The position numbers were made by a program, and so were the translations under genes. A stretch of DNA of 60,758 nucleotides, filler included, from Basidioascus undulatus (lineage: Eukaryota): NCBI GenBank assembly GCA_000826855.1. It is 5 parts of 5 records of this genome, joined end to end, with 100 filler letters (N's around TTAATTAATTAA, not from the genome) between each part and the next. Parts side by side here need not be neighbours in the genome. Positions count along the whole stretch, not along the records: positions 48,730 to 60,758 come from JTLS01000954.1; 4 more parts are not named here. One strand, written 5' to 3'. The notes below the pieces were generated by a model. The model was not told the origin of the DNA, searched no databases, and saw only the letters and a list, made by a program, of their open reading frames with translations. Below are positions 49,972 to 60,758 of the stretch, in pieces (position 1 is the first letter of the stretch; the number at the start of each line of letters is the position of its first letter).

Positions 49972-52010
49972 AGGAGCTTGGCACTCGCGTTCACCCCAGG
50001 AGAGGTCGGCTTCATTTGCATGATGGGAGTACTGGGTATCGGTCCCGCGGCGAACACGCCTGCCGGCGCGGGCAACTTTGGGTCCCACTTTCAGGGGAAT
50101 GGGTACGTCGTGATGCGCCAATCCATTGTTTTTGAAAACTTCTAACAATATGTGCGAGTTGGCAGGCATTCGCGGCGCTGGGTGGAGGGCAGCCTGTCGG
50201 CTACATCGTGAGCCATCCCAGAGCTAACGCCGCTCTTCCAATCCATCGACTATGTCCCGTTGACTTGATTGCGACCGCTACTCGGGCAGGCCTGATTCTG
50301 GGTGCATTTTCTTCTATTAAATACGATCAGCACGGGCCATACTCATGTATGGACTCGTGCAGGTGGTATCTTTTCGACGACGCACTGGCGGGCGATCTTC
50401 TTCTTCCAGGCGGGCCTCGCCCTCATCTTCCTGGTCCTCGCCTTTTTCTCGCTACCTAGAACCCTGTGTCGGAAGCGGTTCAGGACGGCGCATCGGGGTT
50501 GCGTTACATCGACTTGACAGGAGCGGTGCGTATATCCCGTAACATGCGACGGGGATGACCGTCAACTCACTGCGTTTCACTGACCTTGCGCAGTTTTTGT
50601 CGACTTCCGGCTTGAATCTCCTAATCTTCTCGCTATCGTGGGTACCAGTTTTTGTCCGAGTACAGTGGCTACGTTTGAGCTCATCTTGTCGGGACGTTCC
50701 AGGATGCCGGATCCGCGCCGGACGGATGGAATACGCCTTATATCCCTTCGCTCTTCTCCGTCGCCATTCTCCCTCTCGCCCGCTTTGTCGCGTGGGACCA
50801 GCGTCATGAGTGTCTGGGACAGAGTGTCCTCGTTGCGATCAGCGTGTTCCGCTTCCTAGGTTCAGTATCCCTATGCTGTCGTAAGCACATATCTTGCCGA
50901 TGCGGTCGCCCACGCTCACACTCGCCTACTCCATGGAGACTTTCACCGGATGGGCATCGTTCAATGCGCTTAGCTGGATTGCAACACTCTAGTACGTAGG
51001 ATGACTCTTTTGACCGACGGAAACTAATCACGTCTTTCCACAGCTTCCAGAACGCCATGCTTCTATTGCCTATCGAGACCTCACTCCGCTCCATTCCCAT
51101 GGCTGTGGCGGGGGTCATCGTCAACGCGCTTGCCGGTGGGCTCATTGGCCCGTTCGATCCATACACACCAACTGAACAATCCTCCACGGCTCTACAGGTC
51201 TCCTTGTCGGACGTGTCAGTGCCTATCTACTGGTGGCTGTGAGCATGACGCTATCACTCGTGAGTTCCTTACCATTCAAGCATTGCAGCGGAACATCGGT
51301 TGAAAGCCATGCTTAGCTGGCTCCTGTCCTATTCGCGATCATGCCCCTCAACGCCTCATACTGGGTTGTAGGTCCTCATTTCTTTGCGTCGGACTCTTAG
51401 TTCAGCTCATCCAGCCCAACAGTACGCGTTCCCCTGCTTCATTTTGATCATCATCGGCCCCGACATCTTCTACACCGTCTGTTCCATCCAAATGTCCGCC
51501 TCTGTGTCTCTGTCCAGCAGGCGCTCGCAGGGTCTCTCTTCAACGTAACCAGCCGCCTCGGCACGACACTGTACGTTAACGCTTTTCTCTATCCGAATGC
51601 AAACGGGCCCGTGGTTGACATGTCAGTTATGCACGGGTATTGGCATTACTTCGGCCATCTCCAACAGTGTGTCGAGTACCTATGCCAGCAAGCATGATCT
51701 CGAAGACTTTGCTTCGAGCCCGGAGGTGCTTGTCCAGGGCTACCGTGCCTCGACCTGGACCTGCCTGGCGTTCTCCGCTGTCGCTTTGCTGCTCTCAGGT
51801 GCGTCAGATTGAAACCGTGATACAGCTGCGACGCGGAGCACAAGGTCTAACGCCGATTGCGATCAGTCTTCGGCTTGCGGGGCACTGGCATCGTCGGACC
51901 GAATGAGAAGGCCGGGACCTCAGAGGACAATATCGAGCTGGGCGTCTGTCGGTCGAGGGACTCGAAGAGCGACAGCGTCCGGGAGGCTGCAACGGACGTG
52001 GCCGTTGGTA
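49972..52010 (+). pseudogene. MFS drug:H+ antiporter (DHA2/Atr1-like), 5'-truncated and frameshifted
   Basis: GIGPAANTPAG, AFAALGGGQPVGYI, WRAIFFFQAGL, QQALAGSLFNVTSRLG, QGYRASTW. Frameshifts near 50460 and 51510. First TM helices absent. Confidence 0.8.
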
Positions 52011-52759
52011 GCTCCGCTGGACGGTCTCGTTCGTAACATGCATGGGCATGAAGCTTTGATCTTTGCGGTATTATCGCAAAGAATGCGCAAGCTGGCGTTT
52101 TCGAACCACCTTATTGTGCCGACAAGCCGTTTTCACGCGACTTCACTGGCACGTAGGCTTCTTAACTTGGCTTTCTGTTGCTGTCTGAACACACACGAGT
52201 TTGAGCGCCTTGTCTTTGTCGCGCTTCAGAGCGCGTATATCTGCGGAGCAAAGCGGCGTCGGCATCGCATCATCCCGACACTCTTCCCGGCTTTCGATGT
52301 GGAATGTCTGGGCTCAGCACGGTATCCAGAAATGGAGCGGAAGGAGCGGTTGCATTTATCTAATTGACTCAACCCGTCCCATCGCGTCCCGGAAAGGAAA
52401 GCCCGCCTTGGGCCTTCTTGCGCATCGGAAAGATCAGTGCGAGTCTTGCTTGGGTATCTACCTGAAAGCGAGGCTATTGTCCACGCCGTGCGTTATCAAA
52501 TGCAACCTGAAGATCTGCCTGCGCGATTTGTCGTGACAATGTCTGTATACCAGCACGGCAACCGTGGCAACCGCTGCGCCAAGCAGTGCTGGGCACTCTG
52601 GCATTAATAATGCAAGCACGCGACCGACCAATTGACATCGGATCGCCGCGTGCTCTGACTCAGCTGCAGGATATAACGGGTTTCAACATCACGAATGTTT
52701 GGGCTTGTCTTCCTTCACCATCCTCTCTCGTGCCCTATCGCACCGTACTGACCATCGTC

Positions 52760-54094
52760 ATGTGCAACGTCCACCAAATCGCCCAAGCGGGCTTCGATGG
52801 CCTTAACGCCTCGTCGCTTTACGATCGCGCCCGGCCGACCTACCCTGGTCCTGCGATTCACGATCTACTCACATACGTTGCTGAGACGCAATCGATCAAA
52901 GCACCGCTGGAAGTAGTCGAGCTTGTCCGTTGCATTCGTTCTCGATACCCTCATGTATCTGCCTCTTACCCGGACGTTTATTCTCGCCCCAGGGCTCCGG
53001 CACAGGCATTTTCAGCCGTCTTCTCTTGGGGCCCCCGCAGGACGCCGAGCCGGAGAAGCTGCCCAAGCTAGCGCGCTTGCTGTCCACAGAGCCCAGCGCG
53101 GGCATGCGCGCCGCTTGGGATAAGAGCGTTCTCGGCGCGGGGTACACGATTGAGGACGGGAAGGTCGAGATTGTGGACGGTCGCTTTGACCACATCCCCG
53201 CTGAGGACGGAAGTGCAGATCTCGTAGTGGCTGCGCAGGTACGCGTACAGTTCTGTTCTGACTTTGAACTCTAGGCTGACAATGGTCATGGCAGGCATGG
53301 CATTGGTGCCCTGACTACGAGGCTGCACTTGTGCGTTTGGAAGATCTGTCCGTGTTCCGCAGCGCAGTCGATCGACCAGGCTTTACTATCCAGAAAGAGA
53401 TTCACCGCGTCCTGAAGCCCAGTGGTGTCCTTGCATGGATATGGAACCTGGGTCCGTCTAATTGTTATCACACGCTACTCCGCCTCCCTGACCATATCTC
53501 GCTCGCCGCAAACAGAGGACAAGTGCGTTGCGCTGCCTTAAACATCCTTTCTAATGGCGGGCCGCTGACGCATATTTGGGAACAGGGACTCCGCTGCTTG
53601 GGTATCGCAGATTCGCGATCTCTGTGTGTACTTCAGACTTCTTTGCGCAAGGGCAGCCGGGCTCATTTTCCTTGCACAGACGAGGTGCACGAGGGTGGCA
53701 CGCCGCAGTACCGCCTGGGGCTGTGGCGCCAGACTTTCGACGCGCCGTCCTTTCCGAACCTCTTCCAGCCCGCGGAGTACAAGAAGTATCACCGCGACAT
53801 CCCGGTCACCGTGCAGGGCGTCGGTACGTTTTAGAATCCTGTCGAGACTGAAAATACCGCCGATCGCTCGACAACTCATTGCCCTGCTCTTCCATAGTGG
53901 ACCGAATCAACTCGAAGTCTTACATTCACCTTCTTCCTGAGGAGGAAAGGATCAAGCTCAGCGAGGCGCTGCGGGAGGTGGTGGAGCGCGGAGAGGGCAA
54001 GAAGTGGATTGACGTGACGCAGGGTATTTTTGCGTGGCCGTACTCGACGGACCTGTACCTTATGAAGAGGAAGCAGACTAAGGCGTACGGATAA
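52760..54094 (+). CDS. Class I SAM-dependent methyltransferase (Methyltransf_11-like)
   Basis: LYDRARPTYP, VVELGSGTGIFSR, DGSADLVVAAQAWHW, EIHRVLKPSG..WIWNLED, TPQYRLGLWR. Exons splice in frame. Confidence 0.9.
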
Positions 54095-54557
54095 TTCTGT
54101 GATGTGAAAATACGCTTGCTGGAGAACTTTGTTGCGACAAGGTAAACATTGGCCATCAATCAAGCGAAGGCGCGCCCATCTTACATTGAGCATGAAGTCC
54201 TGTCTTCTAAAACCTCATAGTAAGCGATGTCAAGATGTGATGCTCGGCGGTAGCGTGACCTGATTGCTCCAAAACAGCGGCTGCGAAGAAATGAGAACCC
54301 GAGAGAGATTCGAACGGAAGGCCAGGCGGTCTCCGGGGCCTTCCAGGACACGCGCCGGCAGCGCACCTCGCCCTTGACCCTCATCATCGAGCTCCACGCC
54401 TCATTCCGCTCGTAAGCAATAAACCCCGCATCGAAGCCCATACTGCGGCTTCCTGTGTCCAAATTGTCTATACCGCGAATACTCATAGCTCTGGATCTGT
54501 TTCCCGCAGACACCCTCTCTCCCGCCCTCGCCTCACACCCCCTGACTGCCGCCCACG

Positions 54558-55590
54558 ATGTCCGTCCTCCCGAGTCGTCCGATCAGATGCTGCTCGGAGC
54601 TGACCTCTGCGCTGTTGCGGTTGGCAGGTGGATTGTCAACTGGTTCTGGGACGTTCTCGCGTCGCTTGGTGCGTTTACTTGGTCTCGTCCAACTCACGCG
54701 GTCGTGCTGAAGGGTGAGGGCTCTACCAGGTCTCGCCCACAAGAACGCGAAGATCCTCTTCCTTGGTCTTGACAATGCCGGGAAGACTGTACGTTTCCCA
54801 GGTGGTGATGTGTCGAGAAGGGCACCTGGCCATGATTCGCATGCTGATGAACCTGATTCCCCCGCTGCAGACTCTCCTTCACATGCTGAAGAACGACCGC
54901 CTCGCTACCCTCCAGCCCACTCTCCACCCCAGTGCGCCCTCCCGTACCCAAACACCCACCATCACTCCACGCAACTTACGCCTCGCTCCCTCTCTTTAAA
55001 CAGCCTCCGAAGAGCTCGCGATCGGCGCCGTCAAGTTCACGACGTACGACCTTGGCGGGCACCAGCAGGCGCGGCGGCTGTGGAAGGACTACTTCCCCGA
55101 GGTCGACGGGATTGTATTCCTCGTCGACTCGCAGGACGTCGAGCGCCTGAGCGAGTCCAAGGCCGAGCTCGACGCGCTCCTCTCCATCGAGGAGCTTAGC
55201 AAGGTTCCCTTCCTCGTCCTCGGCAACAAGATCGACGCCCCCGGCGCCGTCAGCGAGGAGGAGCTTAGGCAGAGCCTCGGGCTCTGGCAGACGACGGGCA
55301 AGGTGCGTACAATCCCAATGCGAGGATCGGGTGGCGGCGGCGCCGAACCGGGAGCAGGAGAGGCGTGATAAGGGGACGGGACAGGGAAACTGACTTGGTG
55401 CGGCTGGGGTTATTGCAGGGCAAGGTCCCTCTGAAGGACATCCGTCCTATCGAAGTGTTCATGTGCTCGGTCGTCATGCGTCAGGGCTACGGGGAGGGCT
55501 TCCGCTGGATTTCGCAATACGTGCGTTCTCCCGCTTCTCAGTCCATCCCAATCCGCCGCTGACTGCCAACTTCGAAACCCACAGATCTAA
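54558..55590 (+). CDS. SAR1: COPII small GTPase Sar1
   Basis: [81 protein letters not shown]. Confidence 0.97.
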
Positions 55591-56749
55591 TAGCTCGGCG
55601 GCCTTGCTGTCATCCGGCGTGTATCGCATGATATGCGCGAGCGGGGGAGGGATTGGTGGTCGGTTCTAGGCGGAGGGCGATGGTGGGGCGGTTGTGATCA
55701 TTTTCCAGTTTCCCAGGTTCTTCTCGTGTCTAGTTTTTAACTTCAGCCATTGTCGATCGCAAGTTCCTTCTCTTACCGATTCACCCTTACCATTACGCGT
55801 TCAATGCAAACCTAGCAAACCTAGAGTTCGCTGTTGCGTCTGCACCGGCTGCTGCACCATCATAAACTTAGTCGACGCAGAGGTGGGAGCGACTGCCAGT
55901 GCCCTTTGTGGGACGAGGTAGCATTCCAACAGCACATGAGTGAAAAGGACATTGCCGTGGAATGGAAGCCACTCGGGCTTTCATCCAACTAGGCCGCTTG
56001 GTGACCTCCCTCTGGACTACGCCTATCTCTCATACCGGGGACGTTCTTGATCTGAAGCTGGACCTCGGTTCTCTTCGCGGGACGGGTCGAGCGACATTGG
56101 CGATTTGAACAGAGACGCGTCGTGGAAGCACTCGAAAGCTTGGACGCAACGGGGCGCGGAGCATTGGGTCGCATCGCGAAGCTGAGCAGGCTCGCTGCTC
56201 GCCCTAACCACAAATTCTGATATAATTTCGAGAAGTAGTGAGATAAACAAGGTGAATGAGTACCAAGCCAGGCTCTAATACGTCCCCATGTAACGATATG
56301 TCCTTCTTGAACACGCCGGACCCCCTTGTGCGTGCTTAATCCCTATGCAATATAGAGTAAGTTCGGGAATTAAACATTGCGTAGGACTAGGCTGGCTATT
56401 AGTGACTGTCACGGATAAGACGGAGGGAGCACAACGCCGTTCAGTGTCCCGAGAGTCGCCTGAGTTCGCAGATTTTCCCAGCACAGCTCGCGGCCTCGCG
56501 GTTTAGCGTGCGCTATTGACTGTTGCAAGCATCCGAGAATATTCTCACCGGTCGTAGGCGCTCAGAATCCTACTAAACTACGTTTGTGCAAGAATGCATC
56601 GACAGCCCGACTGTTCCATGTGCCAAAGACTGCCCTTATCGCCAGCCCCTCCAGCCTTCGCTAAGAGTTTCCTTCGTATACATCATCTTGGTATAATACC
56701 CCAGAAAACTCCCTTCTTCGTCTCTCCTGAAGCTATGGCGGCCCGATCG

Positions 56750-58040
56750 GTCGATCTCATAACACTCTAGAGTCGACAGCGCGGCCGCGAAAGCTTGCGG
56801 CACTGCTTGGCGGCACTGTTTGGCAAGGTAAGATCTCGGGGACTTGGGGGACGCCCCCACATTCATGGAGTATACGGGGGCACAGACCATACAGAGTCCC
56901 AGGAGATGTCGAGAGTTAGCGAGCAAAGACGGCGCAGCGGTGCAACAGCGTCGACGTTTTGGCTGCAAGCGACAGATGAGTCACTGCAGCCAGGTGCACA
57001 TGGCCCGTCATTGCACCCACAGGAGTACAATTTTTGGCTGTTGGCAGTGTGGAGGCATCGGCGTTAGAGATGGCGAGGTGTTCGCGGAGTGGGCAGGCCG
57101 CCGCAAGTCGACCAAGCACCTTGGGCGTGAGAGCCACCGTGATGCGCATGAGCTGAACAATTGGAACGCGTCGGGATACAGCAGACACTTTCTCGAGCTG
57201 GAGATCAAGAAGGCGCCCATTGAGTGAATCCAGAGCCCTGTGAGCATCGGACAATGCTCTTGAACCCAGTCGATCACCTTCGAGGGAGCGTATAAGCAGT
57301 GTACGCTGACTTCGCGAAGATGCGCGAATGCCAAGTCATTTGGAAGTCAGGATATATCTAGATATATGACATTATCTCTGTAATCATGGATGGTCAGCTC
57401 GCAAAGCGCGGACAAGCCCGGCAATAGAGCGGGAAAGCGGTGCTTTAGGCCCCGCTGAATGCCCGACCCAGTCGACCTTCGGCAGCGGTGGGGAGGATAG
57501 ACCATTGATCTAGTCCGGCTCCTCGTTTAATTCAGACACGCAAAAGGGAAAGAAGCGCAGATTGGGACAACGCGAGCGAGGAGACGGTGGACGATAGGGC
57601 GCTCATCGGAGTCGCCGTACGGGAGAAGCTGAACGCAAGTGACGTTCTCAAGCAGGTCGATGAGGGACAACTGGAGATGATTGAGTAATAGATGGTTCCT
57701 GGAGCCGTACGCTCCCATTATGACCACACTGTGCCCGTGCGGGATACGGCGTACGGTCAGCCTGTCTAACGTGGCGTGGGTTCGTCTAAGCGAGCGCCGA
57801 TGCACTGACCGGGTATGGACCGCCAAATCAGGCCTACGCTTAACCACACACTATGTTTTTATACTTTCGAGGTGGACCTCACGGAACATGTGCGGTAAGG
57901 CGATGGCGCGGGTGCGGCGGTCGACGCAGGAGAAATCGAGGAGGTCATGGTAGTCCTGGATGTTGTCCCAGATGCCCAAATCGGCACAGATTTGCGAAAC
58001 GATCTCGAAGGGTAGGTTAAAAATCGTCTCGGAATGGGAA
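56750..58040 (-). pseudogene. F-box protein remnant
   Basis: IFNLPFEIVSQIC...LLDFSCVDRRTRAIALPHMFREVHL followed by an in-frame TAG and fragmented downstream frames. Confidence 0.6.
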
Positions 58041-59280
58041 GGAAGCTATAGATCGTGAGCGGGTGTCTGTGGGCGAGAGATTGGGATCGGAAGGCCAGTG
58101 AGGTGTTCCTGGGTCTAATTGAAGAAACGTGGAGCGGCTTGAAACGTTGTTCATCACCTCCGCTTACCTCGCCCGTTATAAGCGATTATTGTTACAAGTC
58201 CCTTGAGTCGCCCTGGTGGATGGGCCACATGGTTACATGGTAAGTCAACCCAGTCGCAGCTCTAAATTCCGCTTGGGTGTCATGCAGCGTGCTGCCTACG
58301 AAACAAGCAGTCTGCGCAGCTTTCTATAGAGGTGTAGCTTTCAAATCTAATCTTCCTTTTCCTCGCTGAAAAGGATCTCCGCCACGTTCGCCAAAATGAG
58401 ACAGTTTGTGTAGGAAAGCTCGCAGTGTTGCATGCCCGCCTGCAATGTAAAAACCGGCTACTCTTTTTTCTTTCCCAAGGATTGGGCACTCCAACCATCC
58501 ACCATCGCCTCTTGCATTCGCAAAAAAAGGCCGGCGGTCTTGCGGCCGGGCACGCTGTCGGTCGCGACGAGTGCGAACGGCGTGTAGGGAGTGAAAGGTG
58601 CTCCAACCGGGGTTTTCCGTTACTTCCAAGATGTGCAATTGGCGGCGTAGACCTCGGATGCGACACCGTACCTCCTCGCCCCTCCCCTGAGCACTTCGGG
58701 TGCGGCATAGTCTTCAGTAGGTGCCGCATGCTTCCTGCAGACCAGGCCGTCGCTCTCTAGGCGGGCGGATATATGCAATTGCATAACCTCACCCGCCTCG
58801 CATGAGCTGGAACCTGCGATAGCGGAGAAGCAAGTTGCAAGGAAGGGCGAAAATCCGCAGTTCCTGCATTGATGAGCGAGTTCTTCTACCCAGAACGTAT
58901 GCACCCCCAACTATTCGACTACAGTGTTGGCTCTTTTTCAAATTTCTACAGGCAACATACAATCTTGATACACTCGAAATGCACGGAACTGGCTGTGGTC
59001 ACCATCCTCGCTCAAACGTCGTGCGTAAGGCTGCCTGTTGCTCGCTGACTCAGACCCCAGGGACATTGGCTCGGCAGGACTTATAATGAAAGTACATCTT
59101 TCTGCCAGGACAGTAGCGACAGCCGACAACGCGGCGCGGGTACATTGGCTTGCGGCTCACAATCGTCCAAAGGACCACGCGTACATGTCCATTAAACGGG
59201 GCGGCCAGTGGGGTAAAGGTTATTACGGCGCCAATTTCTATAAAAACCTGATGCCGGTTCGTACTTTGCCAACCCACAAA

Positions 59281-59919
59281 TCATCCTTCGAATCGGAACA
59301 CCTCCTCCAGGTCCAGCCACCACGGCGTATCGCGTCCACTGCCTTTCGCGCCGGGCACGAGCTGGGGAACCAATATAGGCATGTTCCAATCAGTAAAAAT
59401 ACAGCAAAAGTATTCGGCATGTGAGAGTAGACAAGACTGACGCTCTCCTGCATTCCATCCGTGAGCGCCCACCAGCGACGCGTCTCCTCGTCCTCCGCAA
59501 CGCGCTTCATGTCGCCCTCGTAGTCCTGTCAATCATCCAGTTCGCTTGTAAGACTCGCCATACAAACCAACGTGTGCAGCGCATACCGTGCCGGTGTACT
59601 TCATTGTGGCTATCAGGACCCTATACCAGATGGCATCGTCTTCAGCGTCAACCGGGCAGCGAAACAGCAGCTGCTTCACGCACTGGTGCCGGGGATCGTA
59701 ATGTATAGAATAGTCCTCGATGTGCGCCTTCCTCAACGCTTCCAGTACGCCCGGCCAAGCATTCGCATGCTGCGGGGGGGCGGGGTGTCGAGAGTCAGCC
59801 TATTACGACGCCTTGGCCTTGCTGCTCTCTCGGGTGGGGGCGCTCACGATCTCCTTGTACTCCTCCAACTGCTCCGGACGGACTTTGATGATCTGGCAGG
59901 TCCTCTTAGTTCCAGGCAT
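59281..59919 (-). CDS. L-rhamnose mutarotase (RhaM/YiiL, DUF718)
   Basis: Five exons give MPGTKRTCQIIKVRPEQLEEYKEIHANAWPGVLEALRKAHIEDYSIHY..ATMKYTG.DYEGDMKRVAED.ETRRWW.LTDGMQES..WWLDLEEVFRFEG*. Confidence 0.92.
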
Positions 59920-60758
59920 GATGTTGTGAAAAACAAGCGGTACGAAGAAGTGAAGGCAGAGGGCAAGCGCTCCGACTCCGGGCCGAAACGCTCTCCGTGT
60001 CCTCAACGCCCCTCCCGGATCGTCATTGCCAAGCAACCGCGACACTCTGCTCTGTCGCTATATCTTGCCCTTCCTCATTTTGCATTGATTGTGTTTATTT
60101 GCTTGAACTTCGACGCGTACGAACAATTGATCAATTGTAAATGTCCGACGGGGATGTGTATGTTTTCCCGCCGAAACAACTTCTGTCAAGATTGCTGCGC
60201 CCAAGACGCGCCCCGCGCTGAACGCGAAACGCAGCAGCGAGCGAGCTGGAGAAAGTCCCAGCTTATGTAAACACTAGTGTTTTCTAATTGACAATTGTAA
60301 GCTGGTTTGTGGAAGCGGTACTAGCGCGGAATACAGTAAGACTAGCAAACGCGCGCCCTCAGCGCCCCAAGGCCTGAGCCTGGCGGGAGTGCTGTCCCTG
60401 TTGCTGCTCATCATCTTTCGCTCGCACCGCACTCCTTCTCGGCCCCGTCGCCTACCGCAGTCCGCGCCAGCGAACAACGCATACATCCACCCCGCTTACA
60501 CAGCCTGGCGAATATACCCATCCTTGTCCCCCGACCACGACAATCCCCCCCTGTTTTGAACCGGCGCCGTTCGCCTAGCACGCTGCTCCCCGCTGTGCGA
60601 CAGAAGGCCCAACTCCCGCACACAACAGGTGAGCCTGGTTCGAGCTGCGCATATCTCTGCTTGAGGGAAAGTAGGAGTATCCTCAGCTGAGGTGCCTTCG
60701 GACGAATGCCTGGATTGGATGCTGATCCCGCCCAGTTTGTCCAGGAGAAGGACCAGGC

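Noticed and set aside
7058..57860. Repeated in-frame TAG codons (7058, ~16660, ~39186, ~57850) suggesting stop-codon reassignment
   Set aside because: Conserved genes end on TAG at their expected termini (SDR, lyase ..SH*), and most of the TAG-containing genes also have frameshifts. Ordinary pseudogene lesions fit better.
41756..59919. Polysaccharide-utilisation cluster of lyase, MFS transporter and rhamnose mutarotase
   Set aside because: Split by an artificial spacer, the MFS is a drug-antiporter-type pseudogene, and housekeeping genes intervene.
1..60758. tRNA, rRNA, CRISPR arrays, telomeric repeats or a telomerase RNA template
   Set aside because: By eye, no cloverleaf or T-loop context, no repeat-spacer array and no tandem TTAGGG/CCCTAA. 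An Infernal/tRNAscan run would be needed to exclude small RNAs.

Overview
Eukaryotic, GC-rich, intron-dense fungal DNA; gene content and splice signals fit a basidiomycete. The window is not contiguous. It is five contigs (12098, 12097, 12074, 12060 and 12029 bp, in descending size) joined by identical 100-bp N44-TTAATTAATTAA-N44 spacers. Conserved genes that splice into open frames: a TPR/DNAJC7-like 5' end, dolichyl-pyrophosphate phosphatase, MFAP1, an NAD-dependent epimerase/dehydratase, a TPP1/Est3-like telomere OB-fold protein, a Pcl-type cyclin, OTU1 (partial), SET1 (partial), a membrane-anchored heparinase II/III-like lyase, Tudor-SN (partial), a SAM methyltransferase, SAR1 and an L-rhamnose mutarotase. 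Between them lie many broken accessory genes (lactonase, MFS transporter, three F-box-like genes, coiled-coil paralogs) and a CpG-eroded Ty1/copia relic. No tRNA, rRNA or CRISPR array was seen. I found no clearly new biological system. The best leads are the shelterin candidate, the selective pseudogenisation, the CpG-directed transposon decay and a motif-repeating spliced unit upstream of Tudor-SN. Exon boundaries were read by eye.
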